64,000 bases of DNA from Candidatus Gastranaerophilales bacterium (lineage in GTDB: Bacteria > Cyanobacteriota > Vampirovibrionia > Gastranaerophilales > Gastranaerophilaceae): NCBI GenBank assembly GCA_944323035.1, contig CALUQY010000001.1, forward strand, positions 3,131 to 67,130. Direction: 5' to 3'. The notes under the pieces are model-generated. The model ran no database searches and was not told the DNA's origin. It saw only the letters and a program-made list of their open reading frames with translations. The position numbers and the translations under genes are program-made. Shown piece after piece: positions 37,719-47,759 of the stretch (position 1 is the first letter of the stretch; the number at the start of each line of letters is the position of its first letter).

Positions 37719-39442
37719 TAATTACCCTCCTTGTATAAAAATTTTAATCTTATAGCAGATGATAAACAGAGCACTAATACATTTGTATTATTATTCAATA
37801 TATCCTTTTCAAAACGTTCAATATTTAAGTTTTTAAAAGCCAGACTAATTTCCGGAAGCCAGGTATAAATTCTTTCTGTATTTTTAAAGCTATAAACAAT
37901 AGATTGTAAAAGATTTTCACCCATAGAATCTCCCCAAAGAGTCAAATTTGGAGCGGCAACATCATGTTTAAAATGTTTTAGCTTGTAATTTGCAGGATAA
38001 TTGGAATCAATCTTTAATGAAACATTTTCAGATTCTTTATTTTTATAATACTTATATTCAGTATCAAAAATTTTTTCATCTTTTAAGTGTAATACATTTG
38101 CAGTAAAACCGTTATGAAATGGGCGTTCCGGTTCGACCCTTACCTTTGGTGAATAAAAATAACTAAAATCACTCTCGTCATTAACATAAATAGAAGGAAA
38201 ATCCTTTTTTATATACTGCATTAAACATTTATATGCAAGATAAGCACCCTCATCAGTCCAATGGTGATCAGTCTTGTAAAAAAGCAATTCTTTACCGTTT
38301 GCAGCATTCTTAAATTCATCAATCGGATACAAAATATCAACATTTATCTTATTTTTAACATACTCTTTCACTTGCATCGTACGTGCATATTCATTACTTT
38401 TTGCAACCAGCGGAAATAGATTTGCTGAATAAACGTCATATTTTGAAGGGGCAATTAAAATATAAAATTTTATATTATTTTTCAGACAAAATTGTTTTAA
38501 ACGATTTATACTATAAACTATTCGTTCCAATTCCTCATTATTATAATAGCCGGATGATGGCCAATACGTATTACTCATCCAATTATTTCTTTTATTTATA
38601 AATCCCTGTTTATTTTCAAAATAATAAAATGCTATTTTATATTTAAATTGATTATAAAAAGATACTAAATATTCACGTAAATTAAACCTGTCACTGAACC
38701 AATTATCGTAATCACGCCCAAAATTATAGTTTATTTGACCTTTCTTATTAATAAATGGCTTCCAGACTGCAAGATTACGGTTTTCAGCATCTGAAAGTTT
38801 AGCATCAGAAATATGACTCATTGGTAAGAATAAAAATAACGCACAAATAATTAAAAATATTATATCTATACGGGAGTAATTACCAACGACCTTAAAATCT
38901 GCCAAATATGAGGTCAGTTTATACGACAGCAGATAACCTAATACCGCAATGATTATGAATGTCAATGCTTCAAATTTTATACCGGAGCGGACTTTTAGTT
39001 TTTCAGGATATGTCAAGCTGAAAGTATTAGCAGAAGGCATTAAGGAGTCCCCCCCCCCCCCGTACGTAGCACAGGACGCTAACTTAAACTCGGATACAGA
39101 TGGAAATTTAAACTTACCATTCTTCAGCGTAATATCTTTTATTTCAATTGGAGATAAATTCGATGATTTAACTACAATTCTAAAGCGTTTTGGGAATCTA
39201 GCTCTATCTATTTGACATTCACATTTCTGTATATTTCCATTCAAGTGTTTCTTTATAACGCACTGTTTTACTTTTTTAAAATCCTCATTATCCTTCTTAT
39301 TCAACTGGACGGTAAATGTATAATCTCCGTTACCTTTTACCAGAAAACTCACCGGCATTGGTTTAAATATCAGCCAGTGATTGCAGGTAAGAGCTAGCAT
39401 AATTATTGTCAAAACCCCGCTTATAATATCTCTTCTTCGCAT
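37718..39442 (-). CDS. AlgJ/AlgX-like DHHW-family protein, paralog B, in-frame G13 tract
   Basis: FYKTDHHWTDEGAYLAYK (canonical DHHW). N-terminal 200 aa are ~identical to paralog C. ATY-GGGG-DS encoded by G13. Confidence 0.65.
   Translation of the reverse strand: MRRRDIISGVLTIIMLALTCNHWLIFKPMPVSFLVKGNGDYTFTVQLNKKDNEDFKKVKQCVIKKHLNGNIQKCECQIDRARFPKRFRIVVKSSNLSPIEIKDITLKNGKFKFPSVSEFKLASCATYGGGGDSLMPSANTFSLTYPEKLKVRSGIKFEALTFIIIAVLGYLLSYKLTSYLADFKVVGNYSRIDIIFLIICALFLFLPMSHISDAKLSDAENRNLAVWKPFINKKGQINYNFGRDYDNWFSDRFNLREYLVSFYNQFKYKIAFYYFENKQGFINKRNNWMSNTYWPSSGYYNNEELERIVYSINRLKQFCLKNNIKFYILIAPSKYDVYSANLFPLVAKSNEYARTMQVKEYVKNKINVDILYPIDEFKNAANGKELLFYKTDHHWTDEGAYLAYKCLMQYIKKDFPSIYVNDESDFSYFYSPKVRVEPERPFHNGFTANVLHLKDEKIFDTEYKYYKNKESENVSLKIDSNYPANYKLKHFKHDVAAPNLTLWGDSMGENLLQSIVYSFKNTERIYTWLPEISLAFKNLNIERFEKDILNNNTNVLVLCLSSAIRLKFLYKEGN
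39049..39061 (-). repeat. Homopolymeric G13 tract (C13 on +) inside coding region
   Basis: Counted cc + 10c + c at 39049-39061. Confidence 0.9.
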
Positions 39443-39532
39443 TTACTCCTCCTTACCTAAACTATATTACAAACAGGGAGAATATTCATTCAAACATTCA
39501 ACATTTTAAATAAAATGTTACAATAAAACAAT

Positions 39533-41257
39533 TTACAACTTTTCCTCAAAAATATCCATAAAAGAATCCATATTTAAGAAACGTTGTAAAAAACGTTCTG
39601 TCGTTTCTATAATTAATATATCCGGTTTTTCAGAAAACAATAGACGTTTCATGTTTTCATTCAAAACAAAATTTCTACCACCACCAAAGAATAGATATTT
39701 ATAGATATGAAAATTTTCAGCCATGAAATACCTACAACGTAATTGAAAACTGTCACCAATTAAAACAAGTTTTAAATCATTTTGAGATTTTGCATTACTA
39801 TACTCATATAGTACATCATCTGAATTATTAGTAACATGTATGATAGATTCTTTAGCATTTGGATATTTGAGTTTATAATAATTAAAGCGATCTTCATATT
39901 TTGCTATAATGTTTTTATTTGTAATATTAAGACTGTCACCAATACGTTTACTACTAACCAATTCAACATCACTAAAATCTAATGGCTGAATATCTACAAA
40001 ATCTTTTTGTAAAGTCGACAGAATCGTTTGATACTCTATAAATGCCCCATCATAATTTAAATGGCTATCAGTTTTAAAAAATACATTTAGCTTTTTTGAA
40101 ACTAATAATAATTTTTCCTTAGAGGTTATTACTGACAAATCATTAATGTGTGAGATTATTGCTAATAATTGTTCATAACGGCTTTGACAATTATTTTGTA
40201 AATAATACTTCGGATAATATTCGGGGTAGATACTTTCTTTATCTGGTGACAACATAATATATAATTTAACATTGTGCTTTTTACAATATAAGTTTAATTC
40301 ATTTAAATTTTGCTGTATTGTAAACAACTCTTCTTTAGAAAATAGATTGTTTTTCAAATACATTTGAGTTGCATTATATGATTTGCGATAACAATAACCC
40401 GAAACCTTATCTAATATCATGACTCTTGTTTCATAGTACCTACCGGGAAGAATAAAATGTAATTGTTCATACAAACCAAACAATACACTCCGTAAACCAA
40501 ACCTGTCACTAAACCAGTTATCATAATCACGACCAAAATTATAATTTATTTGACCTTTTTTATTAATAAATGGCTTCCAGACGGCAAGATTTCGGTTCTC
40601 TGCATCTGATTTTTTTGCATCTGAGATATGACTCATTGGTAAGAATAAAAATAACGCACAAATAATTAAAAATATTATATCTATACGGGAGTAATTACCA
40701 ACGACCTTAAAATCTGCCAAATATGAGGTCAGTTTATACGACAGCAGATAACCTAATACCGCAATGATTATGAATGTCAATGCTTCAAATTTTATACCGG
40801 AGCGGACTTTTAGTTTTTCAGGATATGTCAAGCTGAAAGTATTAGCAGAAGGCATTAAGGAGTCCCCCCCCCCCCCGTACGTAGCACAGGACGCTAACTT
40901 AAACTCGGATACAGATGGAAATTTAAACTTACCATTCTTCAGCGTAATATCTTTTATTTCAATTGGAGATAAATTCGATGATTTAACTACAATTCTAAAG
41001 CGTTTTGGGAATCTAGCTCTATCTATTTGACATTCACATTTCTGTATATTTCCATTCAAGTGTTTCTTTATAACGCACTGTTTTACTTTTTTAAAATCCT
41101 CATTATCCTTTTTATTCAATTGAACTGTAAACGTATAATCCCCATTCCCTTTAACGAAAAAGGTTACAGGTAAAGGTTTAAATATTAACCAGAATTTACT
41201 CGTCAAAACAAGCAATATTATGGTCAAAATAGCACTTATAATATCCCTTCTACGCAT
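39533..41257 (-). CDS. AlgJ/AlgX-like family protein, paralog C (degenerate DSHL motif), in-frame G13 tract
   Basis: N-terminal ~215 aa identical to paralog B (DNA 40615-41257 = 38800-39442). C-terminal domain diverged, FFKTDSHLNYDGAF. Confidence 0.55.
   Translation of the reverse strand: MRRRDIISAILTIILLVLTSKFWLIFKPLPVTFFVKGNGDYTFTVQLNKKDNEDFKKVKQCVIKKHLNGNIQKCECQIDRARFPKRFRIVVKSSNLSPIEIKDITLKNGKFKFPSVSEFKLASCATYGGGGDSLMPSANTFSLTYPEKLKVRSGIKFEALTFIIIAVLGYLLSYKLTSYLADFKVVGNYSRIDIIFLIICALFLFLPMSHISDAKKSDAENRNLAVWKPFINKKGQINYNFGRDYDNWFSDRFGLRSVLFGLYEQLHFILPGRYYETRVMILDKVSGYCYRKSYNATQMYLKNNLFSKEELFTIQQNLNELNLYCKKHNVKLYIMLSPDKESIYPEYYPKYYLQNNCQSRYEQLLAIISHINDLSVITSKEKLLLVSKKLNVFFKTDSHLNYDGAFIEYQTILSTLQKDFVDIQPLDFSDVELVSSKRIGDSLNITNKNIIAKYEDRFNYYKLKYPNAKESIIHVTNNSDDVLYEYSNAKSQNDLKLVLIGDSFQLRCRYFMAENFHIYKYLFFGGGRNFVLNENMKRLLFSEKPDILIIETTERFLQRFLNMDSFMDIFEEKL
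40864..40876 (-). repeat. Homopolymeric G13 tract (C13 on +) inside coding region
   Basis: Counted 7c + 6c at 40864-40876. Confidence 0.9.
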
Positions 41258-41425
41258 TCAAAACCTCCTTATAAGAATATACAACAAAAAGGCCCATTTC
41301 CCTATTGAGCCCTAAATATACTAAACAAAATGTTACATAACAAAATAATTATCCTAATACATAGCCAAATCAGAGAATAACTGTAACAAAAAAGGCACCT
41401 ATAATTCTAAAAAAGGAGTTGAGCG

Positions 41426-41815
41426 ATGAAAAAAATATGTAAAATTTTAGGGATTTTCTCTCTGTTAATAATTACCGCAAGTCAGGCAAACGCAGGGATT
41501 TTCTCCAAATTCCGGAGCTGGGGAAACAATTTCTGGAACAACGGCTGGGGCAGCGGTAGATATTATAATGGCTACAACTGCCCTTATCACAATCATTACT
41601 ATGGCAACAGACCTCCGCGCGGATTTTTCCACAGCGGTAATATGACCGGATTTACCCCGCCTATTAACGGAAGCATCTATCCGGGTTACGGGAATTTCAA
41701 CCGTCCTATGTATCCCGGAAGTCATATAAACTCTATAAATTCTATGCCGCAGCAGGTTATTACGGATTTTAATTCCAATGTCGGCACCCGCACAGGCGTC
41801 ACTATTTTAGATTAA
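41426..41815 (+). CDS. Secreted Gly/Asn/Tyr-rich small protein (hypothetical)
   Basis: Signal peptide MKKICKILGIFSLLIITASQANA, then low-complexity NGWGSGRYYNGYNCPYHNHYYGNRPP. Confidence 0.4.
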   Translation: MKKICKILGIFSLLIITASQANAGIFSKFRSWGNNFWNNGWGSGRYYNGYNCPYHNHYYGNRPPRGFFHSGNMTGFTPPINGSIYPGYGNFNRPMYPGSHINSINSMPQQVITDFNSNVGTRTGVTILD

Positions 41816-41877
41816 TTATTGACTTTATACCGCAAGATATGATACAACTATACTGTAAGAATTACAGGAGAGTTAGT

Positions 41878-42066
41878 ATGGGTAAATTAATCGTTATCAT
41901 ATTGCTTGCAATAGGTGCATATTTTATCTATGAAAATCAGGACGAACTTTTAGCCAGTGCAAAAGAACTTTTTCTAAAAGAAAAAACTGTCATGAAAGTT
42001 AACAACGCCAGTGCAGAAAAGCAAAAAGCCATTGAAAATGCTATGGATCAGGCATTGGAGTATTAA
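41878..42066 (+). CDS. Small membrane-anchored hypothetical protein
   Basis: MGKLIVIILLAIGAYFIY then charged helix. Start at MGK is preferred over the track start. Confidence 0.3.
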   Translation: MGKLIVIILLAIGAYFIYENQDELLASAKELFLKEKTVMKVNNASAEKQKAIENAMDQALEY

Positions 42067-42069
42067 AAA

Positions 42070-42342
42070 ATGGCTACAGAAGTTTTTCAATTTAAACCGC
42101 AGGGTGTCTGCTGTCAGTTAATGCAAATTTCTGTCAATGACGGAATCGTAGAAGATGCACAATTTATGGGCGGCTGCCACGGCAACCTTCAGGGCATCGG
42201 CAAACTCGTCAAAGGAATGCCCGTTGATGAAGTTATTACAAAGCTTCAGGGAATAAAATGCGGAAGTAGACCGACAAGCTGCCCTGATCAGTTGACCCAA
42301 GCACTAGTTGCATATAAAGATCACAAAAATGCTCCTGTATAG
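42070..42342 (+). CDS. TSCPD-domain protein
   Basis: C..........GGCHGNLQGI..L..G........KL.GIKCGSRPTSCPDQL, which includes the eponymous TSCPD motif. Confidence 0.55.
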   Translation: MATEVFQFKPQGVCCQLMQISVNDGIVEDAQFMGGCHGNLQGIGKLVKGMPVDEVITKLQGIKCGSRPTSCPDQLTQALVAYKDHKNAPV

Positions 42343-42494
42343 CGTCGGCCGGTGCTCACAGTGCCAACACATGTTAGTGTGGTGAGCAGGTGAGCATTAC
42401 GATACCGCCGTTACGATTGGAGCAGAGCGTAAAGAATGTACAGAAAATCCTATAGCAATGCTATAGGATTTTTTGCCTGACGTGAAAGCGTTTT

Positions 42495-43565
42495 TTATTT
42501 AGTAATTTCCCTGTTATTTTCAACCATTTTCCACGCCTGACGCGGGCAGAGCGCCGCACAAATTCCGCAGCCTATACACTTATTATCATCGGAATGGTAA
42601 ATTTTTGCCTCTGTAGAAATCGCATTTTGCGGACAGTTTTTAACACAAATATCACACCCGATACAAAGTTCTTTATTCCACTGCGGAATACGGCATCTGG
42701 CATCACCGGTTCCTGCAAGTTCAAACACCGCATAATCATCTGTAATAAAATCCCCGAAAATCCCGCCCGGAATCCATTCTTTTTGACGGAATTCCGCAAC
42801 CGGCATTCTGTTCTTTGAGGATTGTGCAACGGTTTGAATTTTATGCCATTCTTTAAAGTTTGTAAGTTCATTATAAAGTTCAGACCGACCGATTTTATCA
42901 AGAAATCTTTTCAGTCCGGAGCGCAAAAATTCAATATCTTTTTCATCAAGGTTCAGGATTTCGACGCAATGCGACAGGTTTTCAACTTTTCCGCGCACAA
43001 AAATTGTACCGCCGACCATTCCGCCGCAGGAGCCTTTCCCTAATACAGATTCCAGCCTGTCGCAGTCATAACCGCAGACAATTGCAATACCGCCGCCCAT
43101 AAATTCAAAACTATAAGAACCCGTATTTTTTAAAACCCAGAATTCAGGGATTTTAAAACGCGGATCGTGTTTCATCAGAGCGCCCGAACGGGTTCCGACA
43201 CGTCCGCCGATGTAGATTTCACCTGACGCGGCACAATGAGCGGTCGTATCACCGCTATCTCCTTTTACAATAATTTCCGCGCCGGAATTTAACCAGCCGG
43301 TATCCGCCGGAACTGAACCCTCAACAATAATTTGGGTACCTTTCATACCCATTGCCCCGACACGCTGACCCGGATTCTTAACAAGAAAATGCAAAGTTTT
43401 GCTTCTGTCGCGCGCCCAGCTTGAACCGCCGATATTATGCTGTCCGCAGCCGTTTATCTCAAAATCAGTATACCCCTCGTCAATTTTTGCCTGAATTAAT
43501 TGCAAAAGTTCCTGAGTGGACATTCTGTTTTCATTTATTAAAGTTTCAATTTTAAATCTTTCCAT
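42495..43565 (-). CDS. Glutamate synthase domain-3 (GXGXG) protein fused to 2x[4Fe-4S] ferredoxin (archaeal-type split GltB)
   Basis: Repeated G-x-G-x-G beta-helix motifs (GSVPADTGWLNSGAEIIVKGDSGDTTAHCAASGEIYIGGRVG..). C-terminal CIGCDICVKNCP...CIGCGICAALCP. Confidence 0.65.
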   Translation of the reverse strand: MERFKIETLINENRMSTQELLQLIQAKIDEGYTDFEINGCGQHNIGGSSWARDRSKTLHFLVKNPGQRVGAMGMKGTQIIVEGSVPADTGWLNSGAEIIVKGDSGDTTAHCAASGEIYIGGRVGTRSGALMKHDPRFKIPEFWVLKNTGSYSFEFMGGGIAIVCGYDCDRLESVLGKGSCGGMVGGTIFVRGKVENLSHCVEILNLDEKDIEFLRSGLKRFLDKIGRSELYNELTNFKEWHKIQTVAQSSKNRMPVAEFRQKEWIPGGIFGDFITDDYAVFELAGTGDARCRIPQWNKELCIGCDICVKNCPQNAISTEAKIYHSDDNKCIGCGICAALCPRQAWKMVENNREITK

Positions 43566-43576
43566 AAAAATTTTAC

Positions 43577-45205
43577 CTAGATTGAATACTGGATATCAAG
43601 CCGCCTTGCAATGTGTTTATCAACTGTAATCAAAGCATCAGAACGCCCGATAGGGAGAGTTGAACAGCCCACAGGCCCCATTAACTTTTTCAGTTCCATA
43701 TCCGTTGCAACAATAAAATTAACCAGATTTTCGGCAACTTTGTCTATATCAAGGCGTTTTGTCAGACAAGCTTTTTGAGAAGTTAACCCTGCCGGACAGT
43801 TTCCTGTTGAGCAGGCATTACATTTTTCAGTATCGTTGCCACAGCAGCCCGCGATTTGTAAAAGCAGACGACCTGTAAACACACCGTTTGCGCCAAGACA
43901 AATCAATTTAAACGCATCCGCAGCAAAGCTTCCGGTTTGCCCCAAGCCGCCGCCGGCAAATAGCGGAATTTCACCCTGACGCCCCTGATGAACCGCTGCA
44001 AGATAGCAATCACGAAGTTTTGACGTTATCGGATGCCCTGTATGGTTTAAAGAAATTTCGTGCGCCGCTCCCGTGCCGCCGGCAAAACCGTCGATAAAGA
44101 AGCCGCCGACAATATTATACGGGTCGCGAAGCAGATTATTATAAACCGCAACACTTGTAACTGACGCTGCCACCTTAATCGCAACCGGAACGCGGAAATT
44201 AAACGCCGCGTTCATAGATAAGAACATCTTTTGAACACTTTCCTCAATCGAATAAAGCCCCTGATGCGTCGGCGGGCTCATCAGATCAGCCTTCGGAACC
44301 CCGCGGATTTCCTGAACATATTTTGAAACTTTATTTGCAAGCAGCAGCCCGCCGTCACCCGGTTTTGCGCCCTGTCCGATTTTGATAAGAATACCGGCAG
44401 GATCCTCAACCATTTCGGGCATTGTTTCAATAATCCTGTTCCAGCCGAAATGCCCTGACGCAATTTGCAAAATCATATATTTTAAATATCTTGATTTCAA
44501 AAGGCTTACCGGAATTCCGCCCTCACCCGTTCCCATTCGGATAGGAATACCCATTTTCTCGTTAAGATAAGCCGTTGCAATTGCAATCGCTTCCCACATT
44601 CTCGAGGAAATTGCGCCGATTGACATATCCCCGAAAATTATCGGATAAATCCAACGGTTTGGCGGCAAGGGTTTTGTTTGCAGGATTTTATCACCTTCAA
44701 CTTCAAATCCGAGCTTATCAGCTGATAAGACCCTTCCAAAAGGCGTTTTTATCTCAAATGTATGGCGAACCGGATCCAGTGACGGATCTGTCATTTGCGA
44801 AATTCTGCCGATTTTAATTTTATCCAGCGTTCTGCCTTCTGTATTAAGGTTAGACCGCCCGCCGCGCTTCAAAGATTCACCTTTTTCCGCACGATAACGG
44901 ATTGCATACCTGTCATCAAAATTTCTAACAGCCTTAATCGCGCCATTCGGACATACGTTTGCACACATTCCGCAGCCTACACAGTGGTTTTCAAACCCGA
45001 CATTCTGCTTGATAACCATAACTTTCTCATAACTATTTTTTTCGTTAATACTGCCGGATTTTTTGCGCATTTCAACAGCAGGACTAATCGCGCCAAAGGA
45101 ACAGACCGCCATACATTTGCCGCACTGAATACATCTGGATTCGTCATATTCAATAATCCAGGGTAAATCTTCTTTATGCAATTCATTAACTTTTACTGCT
45201 GCCAT
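43577..45205 (-). CDS. Glutamate synthase FMN-binding domain-2 protein with N-terminal ferredoxin (archaeal-type GltB)
   Basis: CIQCGKCMAVC...CVGCGMCANVCP, then a TIM-barrel FMN domain with GEGG...GG..G motifs. Confidence 0.75.
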   Translation of the reverse strand: MAAVKVNELHKEDLPWIIEYDESRCIQCGKCMAVCSFGAISPAVEMRKKSGSINEKNSYEKVMVIKQNVGFENHCVGCGMCANVCPNGAIKAVRNFDDRYAIRYRAEKGESLKRGGRSNLNTEGRTLDKIKIGRISQMTDPSLDPVRHTFEIKTPFGRVLSADKLGFEVEGDKILQTKPLPPNRWIYPIIFGDMSIGAISSRMWEAIAIATAYLNEKMGIPIRMGTGEGGIPVSLLKSRYLKYMILQIASGHFGWNRIIETMPEMVEDPAGILIKIGQGAKPGDGGLLLANKVSKYVQEIRGVPKADLMSPPTHQGLYSIEESVQKMFLSMNAAFNFRVPVAIKVAASVTSVAVYNNLLRDPYNIVGGFFIDGFAGGTGAAHEISLNHTGHPITSKLRDCYLAAVHQGRQGEIPLFAGGGLGQTGSFAADAFKLICLGANGVFTGRLLLQIAGCCGNDTEKCNACSTGNCPAGLTSQKACLTKRLDIDKVAENLVNFIVATDMELKKLMGPVGCSTLPIGRSDALITVDKHIARRLDIQYSI

Positions 45206-46335
45206 CTTTCCACCGTCAAATCATTTTTTACAATAATAGTTTCATTTTCTGCCGGATAAATATCTTTGCTCAAATCTCTGTCCGGCAAAAGTTCGTTAAT
45301 CCCCGTAACTTCCGAGGTCATAACCACCATATCTTCATTCTGCCCGATTACTACCGGCCGTAATTTTTTGGAGTCACAAACGCAAATTAAATCATAATCC
45401 GGTGTAACTCCGAGAATTGTGTTCGGCCCGTTAATCTCAAGGTGCGACAACGAGGCCTTAATTCGCAACAATACATCTTTATCCGCACGTTTTTCAATTT
45501 TATCAATAGGAAGCGGTGTTATTACGTGCTTGTAGTATTGAATAGGCCATTTTAAAATTTTGTGCAGATAGTGCAGGGTGTACAAAAAGCACTGCGAATC
45601 TGATTCAAATCCCATATAAGCACGGTTTAGCTTCATTTGATAATACTTATTCTTTTCGTAAAAAGTGTTTTCGCCGTTAGCCAGAACCGTGTAGCCTTCA
45701 AGGAAAAACGGGTGTGCAGCATAGCGTACAATATCATAATTCGTATTCTGGCGGCATTGCGCGGTTATAACTTTTGAGCAAAGTTCCGTATTTTCTTCCC
45801 GGAGATTAAAATAAGTTCCGATATCTTTCGGGCTGCCAATTTCTTTCAACACAAGCGTGTCCGGCCAGAAAGCATAAATATAGCCGGAATTATCTTCTTC
45901 AAGAGCCTTTCTTATTTTCAGCGCAGTATCAAGAAGCAATTCTTCTTTTTCTTCCTGAGTTGCATATTTATGGCTCTTTGGATACTGCACGGCTTCAAAA
46001 ACATAGTTAGGAAGCGGGTCAATTTTTAAACCTTTTTTATTTGTAATATGGGGCGTCCACTGCAAAACACGCTTAAACCCCAAATCCATAAGAATATCTT
46101 CGGCCTTACGCGCACCCTCAACGGTTCCGGCCATAGAAAGTATAGGTAAATCCTTATGATGTTCAAAGATTCCGCCCAAATCCTGCATCACAAACGCGAA
46201 CCCGGAATCATCGTGGCCTTTTTGCTGGGAGCGCATAAGTTTTAAAGCGATTGAGGGGTGTAAATACTTCTTGGATTTAATGGCGCCAATTCTACACATA
46301 TAAGTTATTGTAGGGTTGAAAAATCTGCTTGTCAA
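45193..46335 (-). CDS. Class-II glutamine amidotransferase domain protein (GltB domain 1)
   Basis: Ntn-hydrolase start M-C-RIGAI (catalytic Cys2). Adjacent to and co-oriented with the other glutamate synthase domain ORFs. Confidence 0.7.
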   Translation of the reverse strand: MTSRFFNPTITYMCRIGAIKSKKYLHPSIALKLMRSQQKGHDDSGFAFVMQDLGGIFEHHKDLPILSMAGTVEGARKAEDILMDLGFKRVLQWTPHITNKKGLKIDPLPNYVFEAVQYPKSHKYATQEEKEELLLDTALKIRKALEEDNSGYIYAFWPDTLVLKEIGSPKDIGTYFNLREENTELCSKVITAQCRQNTNYDIVRYAAHPFFLEGYTVLANGENTFYEKNKYYQMKLNRAYMGFESDSQCFLYTLHYLHKILKWPIQYYKHVITPLPIDKIEKRADKDVLLRIKASLSHLEINGPNTILGVTPDYDLICVCDSKKLRPVVIGQNEDMVVMTSEVTGINELLPDRDLSKDIYPAENETIIVKNDLTVERWQQ

Positions 46336-46354
46336 CTAAGGGTAAAGAAAGTTG

Positions 46355-46382
46355 AAGGGCGAAGCCTGCGGCTTCGCCCTTT
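46355..46382 (-). terminator. Terminator-like hairpin 3' of pilin-like gene
   Basis: aagggcgaagcctgcggcttcgccctt; the T-run on the gene strand is weak. Confidence 0.4.
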
Positions 46383-46408
46383 CTAAAAGGATAGATAAAT
46401 TTAACGTT

Positions 46409-47747
46409 TTAACGTTCAACACATCGGGAACTATATCTATTATTCCTTGAAACCAACATTCTGGCTCCTGAAGAGATATTTTGAGCCCAAGCCTTTGTAC
46501 CGGAAGTCGTATACCCCAAAGAAGATGTCCAAATTGAGCCATTACCGGTTCCGATAAAATGATCACGACTTTGCATTCTTTTATTAACAAAAATGGCTCC
46601 TGCTTCTTCTGTTGTTGGAAGTCTATACTTATTATCCTGTGCAGTACAATATTTAGCGGCATCAATCCAGCCGTTTTCATGAACAGCATTTTCACGTTTT
46701 ACATAAGGTGCTGCCAAAACGCTATCCGTTGGATAAAAAGCGGTCATAAAACCTATATCTTTACCAACAGTATTCGGCCCTTTAAGTCCATTAAGATCAT
46801 ATACAAAATTTGCGCAAACCATTGTCTGTATTGGCACATGAGCTTCAGAAGATTTTAAATCTGCAACGCAGTTTTTATTATAATAAACAGCAATACTTTC
46901 ACCGTTAGCAGTTTCAAACGCAACAGCTTTACTCCGTATAGCGCTATAAGAATACGTAGAGTCATAACTTGAGCTTGCCAGAACCATCTGTGTATTTAAA
47001 GCAGCCATTGTTGTGGGGAAATTAAAATCTGCTTCACCAGAAAGGCGTGTTATTGTTTTAGGTAAACCGCAATCTTTAAAATGTTCATTGTCACAGATAT
47101 TATTAATTTTTAAGACTTTAGCCAGTCCTGCAGTGACGAAAGTTTCAGCAGCTGTATCCGCCGTGACACTGCCGGAATCATCTTCCGCTAGTGTACCATA
47201 ACCATTAAGATTAGGCATTAAGGCAATTGCCTGACTCATTCTGGCATAGAGGGCTTTTCGCTGCGTGTTCCATGTGCGCTCGTTAATGTTTCCCGTAAGG
47301 CTCGGTAAGGTTATCGCCGCCACCACACCTATTATCGTGAGGGATAAGAGTATCTCCGCCATAGTAAAAGCTAATCGCGCCAACCGCCCCACGTCATTGC
47401 GAGCGACCACCGGGAGCGTGGCAATCCACCGGCGGTCAAGCCGGCTTCCTAATTGGTTGGGCGTTAAAAAGTCATGTTCTACCAGTTGTGGATGCCACTC
47501 AGCGGTCGGTTCAGCCGGTGTCATCCCGAATTTATTTCGGGATCTGTCCGGCGACACTGATAGCCCGCATCGCTGGCCAGATGCTGAAACGAGTTCAGCA
47601 TGACAGTTTTGTTTCACATTCTCGCTTTGTGCCTCTGTTCGCTCGCGCTGTTCGCAATGACAATTATAGGCTTTCGACTCGCCAATAGTGCCTGTTAAGA
47701 GAGGCCCCCCCCCCCCCTGCATTAATGCTTACTCTTCGGTTTTTCAT
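46409..47747 (-). CDS. Type IV pilin-like paralog, polyG OUT of frame (phase OFF) relative to conserved start
   Basis: Conserved RBS + ATG at 47747 gives MKNRRVSINAGGGG.. and terminates after 27 codons with G13. Pilin frame 46409-47722 contains ..LARLA|FTMAEILLSLTIIGVVAAITLPSL. G12 or G15 would fuse the two frames. Confidence 0.65.
47705..47717 (-). repeat. Homopolymeric G13 tract (C13 on +)
   Basis: Counted 6c + 7c at 47705-47717. Confidence 0.9.
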
Positions 47748-47759
47748 TCTTTCCATCCT

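Noticed and set aside
46336-46695. 119-aa minus-strand ORF overlapping the 3' end of the pilin-like gene 46409-47722
   Set aside because: Same strand, different frame overlapping a well-supported CDS; it spans the gene's terminator hairpin with no RBS. An artefact of the six-frame scan.
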